Shown: piece after piece, positions 19,265 to 21,358 of the stretch
How the letters are laid out: the number at the start of each line of letters is the position of its first letter
Numbering within the stretch: the first letter of the stretch is position 1
Assembly: GCA_023231475.1 (NCBI GenBank)
Contig: JALJEE010001840.1
Span: 62,001 to 83,358 of the forward strand
DNA length: 21,358 nt
Source: Seison nebaliae
Lineage: Eukaryota
Direction of reading: 5' to 3'
Position numbers and translations under genes: made by a program
Notes under the pieces: model-generated
The model's database searches: none
Seen by the model: the letters and a program-made list of their open reading frames with translations, nothing else
What the model was told of the DNA's origin: nothing

Positions 19265-20239
19265 ATTGAAACTTAATTTTACCAGAGAATTTGTAACGGT
19301 TGTTAATGTGTCTTTCGATTTGTCCAATTTATTTTCTAAATGAAATTTAATCGGTTTCTGCAATCTATATAATTGTCCTCTTATTGAACTGCAATTAATG
19401 AAAATTGTGTCATTGTTTTTATGTATACTATAAGCTGGATTGATTTGAAAGAGTTGAATGATAATTAAGAAAACGAACCTTCATGAATATGTCCAAAAAG
19501 ATGATATTTTGGTTTCCGTTCTAATGTCCATTTTAATAGTGTAACACATCCAACGTGATAATTACCACTTGTATAATCACCAATTCCACAAGGTGGTCCA
19601 TGTGTCATAAGGATATCCAACTTCTTTGGAATTTTCAACCAATATTCTTCGATGTTTGCTCTATTCAAACTGAATGCACCATTATGATGTTTTGGAGACC
19701 ATGGTGAACCATAAATACGTATACCATCAATGACTATTAACTCATCAAATAGGAGAATAATATTATGTTTCGCAAATTTTCCTTTCCAACATTGAACTTT
19801 TTCACTTTTGAAAAATGATTTCAATTTTATTTGATCTGTTTTACCCAGACAATACATGTCCATAAAACGATCTCGATTACCACTTATCACAATCTTATGC
19901 TTATGAGGCAATTCGGCAAACCAATTGATAAATTCTTCAATTTGACGAATACTCCCATTGTTCGTGAAATCACCGCAATGTAAAATGAAATCGGTTGGAT
20001 CTTCTACCAATTGGAGTTTCGAATGACGACTATGTGTATCTGATATACATGTAATCGATAACTATTTTAATTTATGAAATGAAATTGGACGAAGAGTAAA
20101 AATTTAAATTAACAGATTTTCCATCTTTTGGACTTACAATATCGCTCTGAGCGATCTTGTCCACTTTCCCTGTGTGTTGACAATAAATTCCGCATAAATC
20201 ATCTGGATAATGTATAATAGTTTTGCTAAAATTTATCAT
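19250..20239 (-). CDS. MPPED2: MPPED1/2-like metallophosphoesterase (about 297 aa); exons 20239-20114, 20061-19479, 19434-19250
   Basis: Motifs CISDTHS, LHCGDFT, LPHKHKIVISGNRD, RIYGSPW, DILMTHGPP, VGC..L, KPKYHLFGHIHE and FIN.S. Confidence 0.88.
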
Positions 20240-20803
20240 TTATTTATTTTCCTTGAATTATAATCATTCAATCTTATACCACTTTAAGATATATATTCAT
20301 AGAAATATTCAGCATTATTAATTAATTTGCGAAAATTTCGTGTCGTAACACCCTATAAGTAAAGGAACCCAAACAATTGTAGAGTAGAAGAGTTGATTCG
20401 ATAATCGAAACTTTTGCTTAAGTTTTAAAATCATCAATCTTTCATGTTATTCCTTAACTGTAACTGTCTTAAAAAGAATTATTTTTTAAAAATATGAAAA
20501 TGCCATGAAAAAAACAATAAAATTTTAACCCTAAAACTTCCTAAAAAAACTTCAAAAAAACGTGAGTTTGAGAAAATTTTTTCAAAAAAAATTGAAATAA
20601 GGCTAGGATGTCTTCAAAAAAGTAATAAGAAAAAGAAATGAAAATGTGTTTATAAAAAATGAAACTTTCCAATAACTTGAAAGTAACCGAGTTTTAAGTA
20701 TTAGATAATGATAACGATCAAACATATTAAAAAAGATTATAGGAAAATATCCCTGAAAAATTTAGAAATTTTTTTCAACTGCGTTAATTAGATGGATATA
20801 TAG

Positions 20804-21178
20804 CAGGGGTGTATGTAGTGAGTAAAAATGAGTATTTAAGGGAAGAAAAAGAGCGAAATAGAGAAAAATGGTAGCACATGAAAAATGTACTCTATTCCTA
20901 GTACTCATCTCTGTTCAATAGTAGTAGACCGAAGTCGCATAGTAGAGTGGACAAAGAAAGGAAACAGTAGTTTTATTTGTAGTAAAATTAAAATAAAATC
21001 ATTAATACCTTCAAAATTCATGATCAAAATAATATTAAGCTAATAATTTATCAAGCGATAAGAGTCGAAAAGTCATAAATTTATGTGCTATTAAAAATAC
21101 AAATTTTTTTCCTCATATGTATGGAGTGAGTAAAAATGAGCAAGAGTATGAGTAAAAATGTATGGGGCTGCTCACTCC
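20804..21178. repeat. Dispersed short direct repeats; possible DNA-transposon/MITE end remnant
   Basis: TGTATG(T/G)AGTGAGTAAAAATGAG at 20810-20832 and 21118-21140 (22/23 identical), with the core TGAGTAAAAATG again at 21149-21160. The first copy begins at CAGGGGTG (20804). Confidence 0.4.
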
Positions 21179-21358
21179 GAATCTAGGAACATATTTCCGA
21201 ACTTTCTCTTTTCTCCCAAAAATTGATAAAACGGAACGTATTTCCCATTTTTTTTCTCTCTCCGTAAATAACATTTTATGTATATAAAGAAATAGGACTC
21301 TTCGTATTCTAGTACAATTTCGTATATTATTTATATCCGGAGGACCTTTTCCCTTACA

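Noticed and set aside
20136..20160. Near-perfect 25-nt palindrome in MPPED exon 1
   Set aside because: Isolated, inside coding sequence, and with no supporting context.
20810..21160. Repeats as a CRISPR-like array
   Set aside because: Only 2-3 copies with irregular spacing, in a eukaryotic context with no cas genes.

Overview
AT-rich, very gene-dense eukaryotic (animal) genomic DNA in the standard code. It is not prokaryotic: I saw no CRISPR array, rRNA or tRNA. Manual splicing on both strands gives about 12-14 genes: an acidic 322-aa orphan (-), a short VTI1B-like Qb-SNARE (-), ATG3 (-), a single-pass membrane orphan (+), a possible small spliced orphan (-), a TM plus PDZ-like 647-aa protein (+), a group-A bHLH factor (-), an intronless MTA/NuRD subunit (-), a GPI-type Ly6/three-finger protein (-), a MIEN1/SelW-like Rdx protein missing from the ORF track (-), an atypical eIF4E (-), BBS5 with an upstream RFX X-box (+) and an MPPED-like metallophosphoesterase (-). 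A possible transposon-end remnant lies at the right edge. The most striking signal is the splicing code. Of 29 reconstructed introns (41-67 nt), 26 start GTT, 2 GTC, 1 GTA and none GTG; only 5 have +5G, and 8 end in AAG. The canonical GTRAGT donor is essentially replaced by GTT, suggesting rewired 5' splice-site recognition. Other oddities: a MIEN1-like protein with no redox motif, eIF4E with W102->Y, MPPED with GNH->GNR, VTI1B without Habc, and a 15-nt convergent BBS5/MPPED coding overlap sitting on a hairpin. The taxon is probably a genome-reduced invertebrate (spiralian/rotifer-like is a guess). All family calls come from recalled motifs, not database searches.
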